DNA from: an uncultured Pseudomonadales bacterium
GTDB lineage: Bacteria > Pseudomonadota > Gammaproteobacteria > Pseudomonadales > Pseudohongiellaceae
Assembly (NCBI GenBank): GCA_964275945.1
Contig: CAXYEH010000021.1
Coordinates: forward strand, 3,978-67,977
Reading direction: 5' to 3'
Length of the DNA stretch: 64,000 nucleotides
Shown here piece after piece: positions 47,282 through 56,779 of the stretch (position 1 is its first letter; each line of letters opens with the position of its first letter). The position numbers were made by a program, and so were the translations under genes. A model generated the notes under the pieces. It worked only from the letters and a program-made list of their open reading frames with translations, was not told the DNA's origin and did not search any database.

Positions 47282-48949
47282 CTACTGATATTTTGAGGGG
47301 ATTCTGCGGGCCTGGGTAAGTTTTTCGAATTGTGCACCGATATCAATAAGCAGCTGTTCTTGAAAGGGAGGGGCAATCAAAGTCAGTCCAATAGGACGAC
47401 CATTCTCCTCATAACCCATAGGAATGGTCAAGGCAGGATAATTTGCCAAGGCCGCGATTCCAGCTTGATGATTATTAACACCGACTAGCACATCTAAATT
47501 TGATTCTATAAACGTACGATCCAATATTTCTCTTCCCCAAGCTTGAAGCTCAGCCCGTAATTCTTCTAGCTCAGTTTCGTTGTAATTGAGCTCAGTCATC
47601 ATATCAATCAACCCCTGACCATAAGGTGCCCGAACTTCAAGCTCAACATTATTGAATGCTTGTAATTCGGTAATTGAATGAATCTCAACCTGATCCGCAG
47701 CATTTTTACTCAAATAAAGCGCCAGATCTCTCACCATTTCAGCACCCAGGAATTCAGTAAATTGAGGTTGTCTTGAAGGATTAAAACTAAGATCGATAAG
47801 CTCCGCATTATTTGCAGATAAAACACTAAGGGCATTGTTGTAAAAGGCATTATCAGCATACCGATCTATGACACCTAAGCGTTTCTCAGCCAGACTCGTT
47901 TCCCGATAAATTAACTGCAGATCATCACTGATCAAAGGCATCGCCAAATCATCTTGATCATATCCCGCCATCGAGTTAAACAGCACCACAACATCTGCAA
48001 CTGAGCGGGTCATTGGTCCTGTTGTATCTAAACTCGCTGAAATTGGCACCACTCCCGTTCTACTTAGAGACCCAGTCGTAGGTTTTAATCCCACCAAAGA
48101 ATTTGCACTTGCGGGGGACAAGATCGAACCAGAAGTTTCTGAACCAACGGCGACTGTTGCATAGTTAGCCGCCGTCGAAGCCCCGCTGCCCGCGCTGGAA
48201 CCACCAGTCCCGAATTCAAATCGACCATAGGGGTTTAATGTTTGGCCGCCCATTGCGCTGTAACCTGACGGGCAATCATTGCAGAAAAAATAAGCCCACT
48301 CACTCAAGTTAGCTTTGCCAATAATTATTGCACCCTTCTCTAACAAACGCTCAGCAATGAATGCGTTATCAGTATAATTTTCCTGCAGCGCCACTGCACC
48401 TGCTGTAGTGGCCATACCCTCCACACCAATATTGTCCTTAAGTAAAACTGGAATCCCGAATATTGAATCTGAAGGAGTTCCATCACCGGCCTGATGTATC
48501 TCATCCAGCTGGCGCGCTCGATTTATAGCATCAGGATTTAGCGCTATAACACCATTAATAGCCCGCTGATTATCTGATTCAATTTCCCTAATCCTAAATA
48601 TGTAAAACGTCACTAATTGCTCATAGGACAAATCTCCTGCGTTCACAGAATTCTGAATCTCACTGATGGACCTATCAAGAATCAGCGGTTTTAACGCCAC
48701 ATAATCTCGCTCAGAGAAATTTGCCAGCGAATCTTGAAAAGGAGACCAAAGTGAATTCTTATCCAATACCTTTGAATTCAGCAGCTTGAAATGCATGCTG
48801 TTATTCTCATGCAGCGCTAATTGCGCCAGGTCCTCTGTTTCATCATAAGCTGCCCAGCGCATCTGATCTTCCGCCGCAACAGTTAGCGCAGAAGAGAAAC
48901 TCAAGACAACTAGCAACAGATAGCTCAGGACAAATATGTATTTTTTCAT
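47282..48949 (-). CDS. Amidase (amidase-signature family), exported
   Basis: Signal peptide VLSYLLLVVLSFSSALTVAA. The AS motif reads GGSSAGSGASTAANYATVAVGSETSGSILSPAS. Confidence 0.9.
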   Translation of the reverse strand: MKKYIFVLSYLLLVVLSFSSALTVAAEDQMRWAAYDETEDLAQLALHENNSMHFKLLNSKVLDKNSLWSPFQDSLANFSERDYVALKPLILDRSISEIQNSVNAGDLSYEQLVTFYIFRIREIESDNQRAINGVIALNPDAINRARQLDEIHQAGDGTPSDSIFGIPVLLKDNIGVEGMATTAGAVALQENYTDNAFIAERLLEKGAIIIGKANLSEWAYFFCNDCPSGYSAMGGQTLNPYGRFEFGTGGSSAGSGASTAANYATVAVGSETSGSILSPASANSLVGLKPTTGSLSRTGVVPISASLDTTGPMTRSVADVVVLFNSMAGYDQDDLAMPLISDDLQLIYRETSLAEKRLGVIDRYADNAFYNNALSVLSANNAELIDLSFNPSRQPQFTEFLGAEMVRDLALYLSKNAADQVEIHSITELQAFNNVELEVRAPYGQGLIDMMTELNYNETELEELRAELQAWGREILDRTFIESNLDVLVGVNNHQAGIAALANYPALTIPMGYEENGRPIGLTLIAPPFQEQLLIDIGAQFEKLTQARRIPSKYQ

Positions 48950-49383
48950 GCGTGTCAGATTAAAGTTCCAAAGAAGGTTTTCCCAATAGCGCTTCTTGCG
49001 GATCGCAGCAAACCACTATGGTTGATTGAGTATTTCCGCCATTACTCTTTATTACGAGCTTCTGAATTAACGTTTTCCTCAGCTTGAGTAGAGGACTTTA
49101 TTATAAGAAGCGACTCAGCACCACTGACATTACTTGTTTGATTCACTTCTTATAATTTTGCGCGAGCGACTAATTTCTGCGTTCTTATCGGCAACTATTA
49201 AATTTTAAGTTGGTTATTCTCATTTTCTTTATGCGCTTTCAATCGGCAAGTCAAACTAGCAATCTCACACGAAATTTTTCAAAGGAGTCGCTTAATTTAG
49301 CTAGAAAATAGGGTAATCACAGAGTCCCTGGCTACGAAGTATTCCCTAACAGTTAGAGTGGATACCGGCCAGTAATCACCAGA

Positions 49384-50748
49384 TTACTCATGTCGCAGAG
49401 CCTCAACAGGATCCATGTCCGCGGCCCGCATGCTGGGATAGATTCCAAAGATCACGCCAATCATGGCAGATATTGAAAAGGCGAGAATTGGCGCTATTGG
49501 GGTAACAATTGTGGTCATACCCCAAAAGGTAGAAATGATGAAGGGAATGAGGATGCCCAACACGACCCCGATTAATCCGCCGACGCCGGAAAGAATTACG
49601 GCCTCAATAAGAAATTGCGCAATGATATCTTTCCTCTTAGCGCCTAAGGCTCTTCGAATCCCTATCTCTCGAGTCCGTTCAGTGACGCTAGCTAACATAA
49701 TATTCATGATGCCTATACCACCCACCAGCAGGGAAATACCCGCGATAGCACCAGCAACTATTTGATCCCTTAATGCACTGGCTTCCGCTTGCCGCAGCAA
49801 GGCAAGTGGCACCTCAATCGAGTAATCCACATCCTTGTGCCTACGCTGAAGAATCTGGTCGATAATCTCACCCACTTCAATCACCGTTTCCTGATTGTCC
49901 ACCTGAATAATCGCCTCATGCAATTCGACAGTTTCAGACTCCATCCCTCCGGCAGTTTGCCGGGTAGTGGTTTCACCAAAACGACTCTTTGAAGCAGTAA
50001 AAGGTATAAAAACTCTACTCGGCGCGGAATTTGAGCTTCCAGCTTGATTTTGACCTAGATTTGAAAAGCCTTCGGCTTCCATGATACCGACTACATTGTA
50101 ATAGTCGCTGTCTATTTTGATGGATTTTGCTATTGGGTTATCTATCGGGAAAAGTAGATTAGCAACTTCATCGCTAAGTACTACAACATTAGCATGGTCT
50201 CGTAACTCTGTTTCACTAAAAAACCTCCCAGCACGAAGATTATAATTTCGCGAAGAGGGATAATCGACCGCTGTACCAACCACATCAGTATTCATCGATA
50301 TACCTAGGTTCCAAATATTCTTCTTAACAATTCGTGAAGCGATCACATTGGAGATGCCTGGTATCGTATCCCGAATTGTTGCAATGTCGGCTTGAGTCAA
50401 TCCATATACAATCGCCTGTGGAGGACCAAAACCACGATTGGTGCTCTCTTCCACTTCTGCCGGCTTGACACTCTTTAACAGAATATTTGTCGCACCAAGA
50501 TCACGAAACTGCTTTTGCGCTTCAAAACTGGCACCTTCACTTACAGCAAGCATTGCGATTACCGCTGCAACACCTATGACAATACCTAAAACTGTTAGCA
50601 AGGAACGCAAACCATGAGAGAAAATACTTTTAATCCCTACTTGAGTAATTTTCTTAAGACGAGCAGTGGTGAATTTCGATCTGGAATTAGATCGAGAAGA
50701 AGAAGCTAACGGCTGGCTTATCGGATCAAGTGTGAATTCGCTCATCAC
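49384..50748 (-). CDS. MacB/FtsX-type ABC transporter permease
   Basis: TM1 is followed by a ~230-aa periplasmic domain and a C-terminal FtsX bundle (ERTREIGIRRALGAKRKDI). It overlaps the ATPase gene end; the start is GTG 50748 or ATG 50745. Confidence 0.85.
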   Translation of the reverse strand: MMSEFTLDPISQPLASSSRSNSRSKFTTARLKKITQVGIKSIFSHGLRSLLTVLGIVIGVAAVIAMLAVSEGASFEAQKQFRDLGATNILLKSVKPAEVEESTNRGFGPPQAIVYGLTQADIATIRDTIPGISNVIASRIVKKNIWNLGISMNTDVVGTAVDYPSSRNYNLRAGRFFSETELRDHANVVVLSDEVANLLFPIDNPIAKSIKIDSDYYNVVGIMEAEGFSNLGQNQAGSSNSAPSRVFIPFTASKSRFGETTTRQTAGGMESETVELHEAIIQVDNQETVIEVGEIIDQILQRRHKDVDYSIEVPLALLRQAEASALRDQIVAGAIAGISLLVGGIGIMNIMLASVTERTREIGIRRALGAKRKDIIAQFLIEAVILSGVGGLIGVVLGILIPFIISTFWGMTTIVTPIAPILAFSISAMIGVIFGIYPSMRAADMDPVEALRHE

Positions 50749-51478
50749 TCTCTACTCGTCCGTCCTTCAGTTTAATTTCACGCTTGGAATGCTCTGCTAA
50801 TTCGTCTGAGTGAGTAACTAAAATCAGCGTTTTCCCCTGATCATGAAGCTCGTCAAACAAGGTTAGAATTTCTGCCCCAGATTTCGAATCCAGGTTACCT
50901 GTTGGTTCATCGGCCAGAATAATTAGCGGGTCAACTGCCAAGGCCCGAGCAATAGCTACTCGTTGTTGCTGCCCTCCGGACAGTTCAAACGGTTTATGGT
51001 CAACTCGGTCTTCAAGACCCACTCGTGCCGCGAGACCCATGGCAATCTCATGACTCTCAGCTTCAGTGTACCCCTGATAAAACAACGGCATCTCAATATT
51101 TTCCAACACATCTAATTGTTGAATGAGATTATAAGACTGAAAAATAAATCCTAAACGCGCTCCACGTATAGTTGAGAGGTCATCGTCTTCCATTTTAGAG
51201 GTGTCTTCATCGCCTAAAAAATATTTACCCTGCGTTGGCTGATCCAGGCAACCTAAAATATTCATCAACGTGGACTTACCACAACCCGAAGGACCCATTA
51301 TCGATATGTAATCACCAGCATAAAAATCAAGAGTAATGCCGTGCAAGACTTCAACCGACAAAGCACCCATATAATAAGTTTTTTTGATCTCTTGCAAACT
51401 AGCAACTAATTCGCCCGCAAAAACGTCGTGCGGGTTAACTGGAGAACCATGATCAGAATTAGTTTCGATAGCAGTCAT
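50726..51478 (-). CDS. ABC transporter ATP-binding protein (MacB/LolD-like)
   Basis: Walker [10 protein letters not shown], signature [15 protein letters not shown], Walker [12 protein letters not shown] and H-loop VTHS. Confidence 0.92.
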   Translation of the reverse strand: MTAIETNSDHGSPVNPHDVFAGELVASLQEIKKTYYMGALSVEVLHGITLDFYAGDYISIMGPSGCGKSTLMNILGCLDQPTQGKYFLGDEDTSKMEDDDLSTIRGARLGFIFQSYNLIQQLDVLENIEMPLFYQGYTEAESHEIAMGLAARVGLEDRVDHKPFELSGGQQQRVAIARALAVDPLIILADEPTGNLDSKSGAEILTLFDELHDQGKTLILVTHSDELAEHSKREIKLKDGRVESDERIHT

Positions 51479-51507
51479 GTGTTGATTAAAGCTAAGAGAG
51501 CAATCCC

Positions 51508-53646
51508 TTAAGCGCCTATATCCCCAAGACTTTGTCGTGGTGGAAGCAAGAGCACTTTCTCACCTTCGCGCAAACCAGAAGTGATTTCGATAAAAGACTC
51601 AGAAAATGTGCCTGTTTTTACTTCTCGTCGCACGGGACTGCCACCTGCATCAACATAGACAACTCGCTGTTCATCCCAATAAGTTACTGCCTGCACTGGC
51701 ACATACACCACATCCGCAAGATTATTCACAAGAATTTCAACCTCAGAACTCATGCCAGGGCGCAACCAATCATGAACCCCATCTATCTTAATCGTGGTTG
51801 GATAAACTTTTAGGTCAGGGTTCATGAATGAATTTGCAGAATCGGCAACCACTGCTACTTTAGTGACTACACCTATTAAGTTTGTATCCGGAAAGGCGTC
51901 AATTGACACTCTGACTTTCTGACCTACCGCTACTCGTTGTACGGCCGATTCATGAATATTTGTTTTTACTGCCATTTCCCGCATATCAGGAATAGTAAGA
52001 ATGGCTTGCCGTTCTCTTACTGTTGCACCTTCTTGAATCGCTTCTTGTGAACTGCCGCCATAGCGCATTTTATTCTGGTCTGCAGCCCCATAAACCACTA
52101 GACCAGGGCGTTGAGCCACAATAGTTGCCAACTCAATCTGCTCTTCTATATCTGCCAGCTTTACCCGTTCAAGATTGTATTTGCGTTCAGCAGAACTGAA
52201 CCTAGCTTCTTCTTGGGCTTTTTCCGCGATATTTTCTTTAAGCTGACGCTGATAGGCCATAATGGCGTTCTCAAAATCAGATAATCTCTGTTCTGCGTCT
52301 TTTGGGAACGTGTATTGAATATAAAGTTTAAGCGCCGTTTCTTTTTCAGCTTCCTTATTGCGGGCCTTACTCAAATTAAGCTCTTCCGCTTCTAGTTCAG
52401 TCGGAGTAATAAAACCTCTCGATTCCAAGCGCCGCTGACCCTCAATACGATCCTGCGCGAGTAAGTACTCTTCCTGTGACACCTGTAACTCATCTTGCAA
52501 TCCACGCAACTGCTGTTTGGCTTCACCATCTTCCAATTTGTCCATGTCAGCGTATTGCGTAAAGTCCAGCTCATAGCGAATCGCCATATAGCTTTCATCC
52601 ATTAATAGGGTCACCTCAGTATTAAGCGGCGTATCTGTAATAGGTTGTAGTCGCAACTCAGTGGTATCGGCAACAACAGGTCCATCTTCTAGTGGAAAGC
52701 CTGATGCTGACCTGTCAATACCAGGAACTCGGGCGCCATCAAAATCATCTCGACCTCTCCCTCTACCGTCTTGATTGCGACCGCCGCCAGGAAAGCCATC
52801 TTGGGAAAAGCTCTGCATGCGCTCCAACATTTCTGCTGGTAACTCACCACCGTTTTCCAACATCATTTGCTGAATACGCTCGCGCACAGCAGGAGGCAAA
52901 GCCTCCAGATCATTAGGGTCGAATGCAGCTCGGCGCGACCGCTCTTCGACAATTACTGAAGTTCTTGTGTTAATGGAGGGAAGTGCTGTGGCAACTGCCA
53001 CCAAATCTGCAGCTTCAGCTTTGGCCAAGCGATCCTCAATATCGAGTTGCTGAATAATTTCTGCAACAAGATCTCCACCAAGAAATTTTTCAAATTCTAA
53101 TCGAGCAAAACGCATTTCTTGACGGGCATCGTTTAATTCCGTCATGTTTTCATTTAGCTGAATTTCAAATTGAGCTCTACGCTCAATGTAGGTTGCTTCA
53201 GCAGTTTCAACCGCGATTTCTTGGTTAAGTTGTTGATCAATTAAGGCAGCTTTATCCAACTCAACCAGAACCAGTCCCGCATCAACATCCTCAGGTGTTA
53301 CCTGATAACCTTCTTCGACGATGTTTAAAATCTTAACCCCTTCTCTACCTTTGATACGGGAACGTATTTCTTGAGACTGCAAAGCCTCTAGAGAACCGCC
53401 TTCGAGTACAGTAATCTCAAGGTCGCCACGACGGGCCTCGAAAGTAATTACGGTTCCTTGATCTGAGCTCTCTCCCCCCGACATGAACCAAAAGACAAGG
53501 GCAAGAAATATCGCACCAGCAATTCCGTATTGGGTAGATTTTTCCGCAGCAAAGAATTTATCGCGCAGTTCCCTACCTATTTCTTTTAGAGCGCCGGGAG
53601 TTCTCGCTTTTAGTTGCCCAGTAATCGTTTTGTTATTGTGGCTCAT
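51508..53646 (-). CDS. Efflux periplasmic adaptor (MFP/HlyD family), unusually long
   Basis: The start is placed at MSHNNKT (GGAGG 6 nt upstream; the track ORF extends to 53682). It has an N-terminal TM anchor, barrel-sandwich segments and a very long heptad-rich insert. The C-terminal beta-barrel/MP domains read PVQAV...VVYV...REVKTG. Confidence 0.8.
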   Translation of the reverse strand: MSHNNKTITGQLKARTPGALKEIGRELRDKFFAAEKSTQYGIAGAIFLALVFWFMSGGESSDQGTVITFEARRGDLEITVLEGGSLEALQSQEIRSRIKGREGVKILNIVEEGYQVTPEDVDAGLVLVELDKAALIDQQLNQEIAVETAEATYIERRAQFEIQLNENMTELNDARQEMRFARLEFEKFLGGDLVAEIIQQLDIEDRLAKAEAADLVAVATALPSINTRTSVIVEERSRRAAFDPNDLEALPPAVRERIQQMMLENGGELPAEMLERMQSFSQDGFPGGGRNQDGRGRGRDDFDGARVPGIDRSASGFPLEDGPVVADTTELRLQPITDTPLNTEVTLLMDESYMAIRYELDFTQYADMDKLEDGEAKQQLRGLQDELQVSQEEYLLAQDRIEGQRRLESRGFITPTELEAEELNLSKARNKEAEKETALKLYIQYTFPKDAEQRLSDFENAIMAYQRQLKENIAEKAQEEARFSSAERKYNLERVKLADIEEQIELATIVAQRPGLVVYGAADQNKMRYGGSSQEAIQEGATVRERQAILTIPDMREMAVKTNIHESAVQRVAVGQKVRVSIDAFPDTNLIGVVTKVAVVADSANSFMNPDLKVYPTTIKIDGVHDWLRPGMSSEVEILVNNLADVVYVPVQAVTYWDEQRVVYVDAGGSPVRREVKTGTFSESFIEITSGLREGEKVLLLPPRQSLGDIGA

Positions 53647-55171
53647 TAATGCCCTCCTCCCACTGCCCCGAATCGTCGACATAGAGCAAACCTACATCTC
53701 GCCAGAATTCTAACTTCGCAATATTATGCTCCACTATAGAGCTCACTAATTCAGTCCGAGCAGCAGTTAAATCATTCTGTGAATCTACAGTATCCTGAAT
53801 GTCGCCCAAACCTAACTCAGCCCTCAATTGGGCCTCTTCAACCCGTCGTTCGTTAATCTGCACACTCGTTACACTTATATCGTAACTTTTCCGTGCTTCA
53901 TTCATTCTGCGCCAAGTGTCCACCACGTCCAACTTTACGCTATCTAATATGAGCAGATAGTTGCGGGACGAGGAGTCGTAATCAATTAAAGCTCGTCGAT
54001 AGCTGTTGCGCTCAAATTTGGTATCAATCGGCAAATCTATATCGAGCCCTGCAGTGTAGATTGCATTCTCGAAATCAAGTTCACCAATATTGCCATTATT
54101 TGCATCTGGTACAGCAGCAACCAAACTTAAATTTAACCCAGGGTTCAGCTGATTAGCCGCCACCTCAATTCTTCGAGCGCTATCTTGCACACGGTCTAAA
54201 GAGCTGTATAGATCTAGGCGCGTTTGAATCGCCATTTCAGTTGCCTGCTCAAGACTAAGGTCTGGGCTATCCATTCCTGTCTCGGTAATTAATTCCATCT
54301 CATTATCATCAAGAACAATATTCTCATCTGCAGTAAGCCCAATAAGTATTTTGAGATTATCCAAGCTGCGCTTGTATCGGGTTATGGAAGAAGTCCAACG
54401 TAGGTCTGCCTGCAATGCTGACTGCTCTAATCGACCAACCTCTAATAACGTGGTTAAACCTTCCACTTGGAATGCTTGCTCTCTCTCTAGTGATAGATTC
54501 GTGGCATTAAGCCCAGCGAAATTATTGCGGGCCGTTTCCCTATTTAACAATACGGAGTAATAATCGGATGCGACTCGCACCGTGAACAATTTTCTGAACC
54601 GAGTAAAATCACGTAACCGATAAAGCAAATCACGTTCGGCTTGCATTAATACTTCTGTCTCAATATCTGCGCCGAAGTCACGAAGCAATGGCTGGGTTAT
54701 AGAACCGATTAAAGCGCTGGTTCCAAATTCACTGATATCACCACTTAAGAATCTTGTAAAATTATTCGTAAGGTTCACAGCAATGGAGCCGCCACTTTTT
54801 AAAAAGTATTGCGCCCCTAAGCTGGTGTTGGAAAAAGTAGACTCAGAGTAATTAGTTCGATCCATGCCAGTAAGCGATTGCATATCTTGCACAAACTGGT
54901 CTTCAGCATCCCACTGATAGTCACCAGAGCCTCTTGCAGAGAAAGTAGGCGTGTAACGATAGCGATCAAAGGTCAGGGCCAACGCTTCGAGATACAATAA
55001 TTCTTTTTGATTTTGATAATCCTTGCTGTGCGAAAAAGCCAAGCCTAGAGCAGCATCGAGACTTAAAATACTCGCACCAATTTCACTATTGGCCTCATTG
55101 TCGAGAAATTCAAAACTAGTCACTATTAACCTCAAAACTGTCAAGATTAATTTCGCGAACTTCATCGACAA
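53633..55171 (-). CDS. TolC-family outer-membrane factor (body), N-terminus uncertain
   Basis: 512-aa ORF. ILSLDAALGLAFSHSKDYQNQKE is the usual first helix. Two repeats of the OEP pattern are present. It lacks a convincing signal peptide of its own; see the lipobox ORF 55116..55331. Confidence 0.75.
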   Translation of the reverse strand: MSMKFAKLILTVLRLIVTSFEFLDNEANSEIGASILSLDAALGLAFSHSKDYQNQKELLYLEALALTFDRYRYTPTFSARGSGDYQWDAEDQFVQDMQSLTGMDRTNYSESTFSNTSLGAQYFLKSGGSIAVNLTNNFTRFLSGDISEFGTSALIGSITQPLLRDFGADIETEVLMQAERDLLYRLRDFTRFRKLFTVRVASDYYSVLLNRETARNNFAGLNATNLSLEREQAFQVEGLTTLLEVGRLEQSALQADLRWTSSITRYKRSLDNLKILIGLTADENIVLDDNEMELITETGMDSPDLSLEQATEMAIQTRLDLYSSLDRVQDSARRIEVAANQLNPGLNLSLVAAVPDANNGNIGELDFENAIYTAGLDIDLPIDTKFERNSYRRALIDYDSSSRNYLLILDSVKLDVVDTWRRMNEARKSYDISVTSVQINERRVEEAQLRAELGLGDIQDTVDSQNDLTAARTELVSSIVEHNIAKLEFWRDVGLLYVDDSGQWEEGINEPQ

Positions 55172-55331
55172 CCACCTGCGAAGTCATCCCAGGCACCATG
55201 TCGGACTTATCCGCGATGGCATAATAGCTCTCATCGTCGGCGCTGGTCTTTTGCTTAGACACAGAGCAGCCAAGCATTAGACTAGTAATACCCAACAATA
55301 TCAGAGGTTTATGATTTTTCAGTTCGAGCAA
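55116..55331 (-). CDS. Lipobox-bearing short ORF, probably the severed 5' end of the outer-membrane factor gene
   Basis: TTG-initiated (M)LELKNHKPLILLGITSLMLGCSVSK. It overlaps the TolC-type ORF by 56 nt in another frame. Removing 22 nt between two AGTTTTGA repeats fuses the two ORFs in frame. Confidence 0.5.
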   Translation of the reverse strand: MLELKNHKPLILLGITSLMLGCSVSKQKTSADDESYYAIADKSDMVPGMTSQVVVDEVREINLDSFEVNSD

Positions 55332-55647
55332 ATGCTTAATTCTCTGTTTTTTATAAAAGTTGTAGGATTATACGCTTGATTCTTCGCAGACAGTTTATTA
55401 TTAGCGTCTAGTTTCTGCTGTGAGTAGATAGATAACCATATGCTTTTCGCTTTTTTCCCCTTAACATCATAGCGGATTTCGAGGTTTTAGGCTGATACTT
55501 CTAAAACCTGAAAGCATTATTTAAAATGACCGTTACAAGATAGATATGAGATTTAATTACACGATCTCAACTTTTTAGTGAATTTTTTATAACTCCAAAA
55601 AATAAAATCTTCACATCATTGAGGGAAAAAAGCGGACCAAAGCCAAA

Positions 55648-56682
55648 ATGAAACTGAAATCCATATTGATAGTTGCTTTATCTCTAATTATTAGCGGGCT
55701 TAGTTACGCAACTTTTTTATTACAGTCAACAAACTCTCGCTTACAAGACCAACTAGAAACAGCACTTGGATATCGCAAGCAACTGCAAAAGCAGTCTGAA
55801 CTAAATATCCGAAATCGCTTAGATTTTGAATCGCAACTGGAAAGTTTAGAAGGGGAATTATTAGCATCCTCCTCACAGCTCAGCAGTCTGTCAAATGAGC
55901 TCGCTGAAGCAAAGCTACAAGCCAATCCAGATTACGAAGCGCTGATGGAACAAGCCCGCAGAGAAGTGATTACCGAAAATGGCCGACTAGTGGAGCGCGG
56001 TCGCCCGAACGGAGGGTTTTCAGTGTTTTCTGATCCTGCCAGTACCCGCAAAATGGCGGAAGACAAAGTTGCTGGGCAGTATCTTAGCTATTTCGAAACC
56101 TTAGCGTTAAGTTCAACCGAGATGGATAGCATGTATGAAGCCTTTGTAGATTTCAGCGACGAGCGCTATCAAATGCTAGGCCAACTTATAGCTGGGAATT
56201 TAACAGCTGATCAAGCAGCCGTCATGTTTGGGCCAAACGCATTGGTTGATAACCTGAAAGATAATTTAACCTCCAAACAAGCTGCTGAATTAGGCGCTTA
56301 CGATTTAATGATGAATCAGGATGCCTTTCGCCAAGTCTATACCGGTATATTCGGGCAAGTTGGCGATACCATTTCTGGGCAAATCCAAGACTATGTCATG
56401 GACGTAGTCATTGATGAGGTATTTTCTGAAGAAAATAACTACGGCGCACTAGTGGCAGACAATGGCAGTATGACTTCTGCTTATATCGACAAACTCGATT
56501 CTTTTGGTCGAGCACGCGAGCGTTTGGAGCCTAATTTGACCGCTGAGCAACTGTTCCAATTTGATCGCTTCGCAGAGGGTCAGTTCGGTACTGTAGATGT
56601 GGTGCTCGAAGCAAATACTGATGGCGAAGGCAAAGTTCAAATGAGAAACATGCGCCTAAGCGCTGAGAGTCTGCCAAACTAA
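55648..56682 (+). CDS. Hypothetical membrane-anchored coiled-coil protein
   Basis: 344 aa with an N-terminal TM (ILIVALSLIISGLSYATFLL) followed by a heptad-like Q/E/L-rich segment. I recognise no family. Confidence 0.55.
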   Translation: MKLKSILIVALSLIISGLSYATFLLQSTNSRLQDQLETALGYRKQLQKQSELNIRNRLDFESQLESLEGELLASSSQLSSLSNELAEAKLQANPDYEALMEQARREVITENGRLVERGRPNGGFSVFSDPASTRKMAEDKVAGQYLSYFETLALSSTEMDSMYEAFVDFSDERYQMLGQLIAGNLTADQAAVMFGPNALVDNLKDNLTSKQAAELGAYDLMMNQDAFRQVYTGIFGQVGDTISGQIQDYVMDVVIDEVFSEENNYGALVADNGSMTSAYIDKLDSFGRARERLEPNLTAEQLFQFDRFAEGQFGTVDVVLEANTDGEGKVQMRNMRLSAESLPN

Positions 56683-56779
56683 GTCGAATTAGACTGTTGT
56701 AAATCGTCCTAAACAAAATAGAAAGCAAAGCCATATCATCGTAATATACCCAGTCGCAGCAAACTCAAGGGGTTTCATA

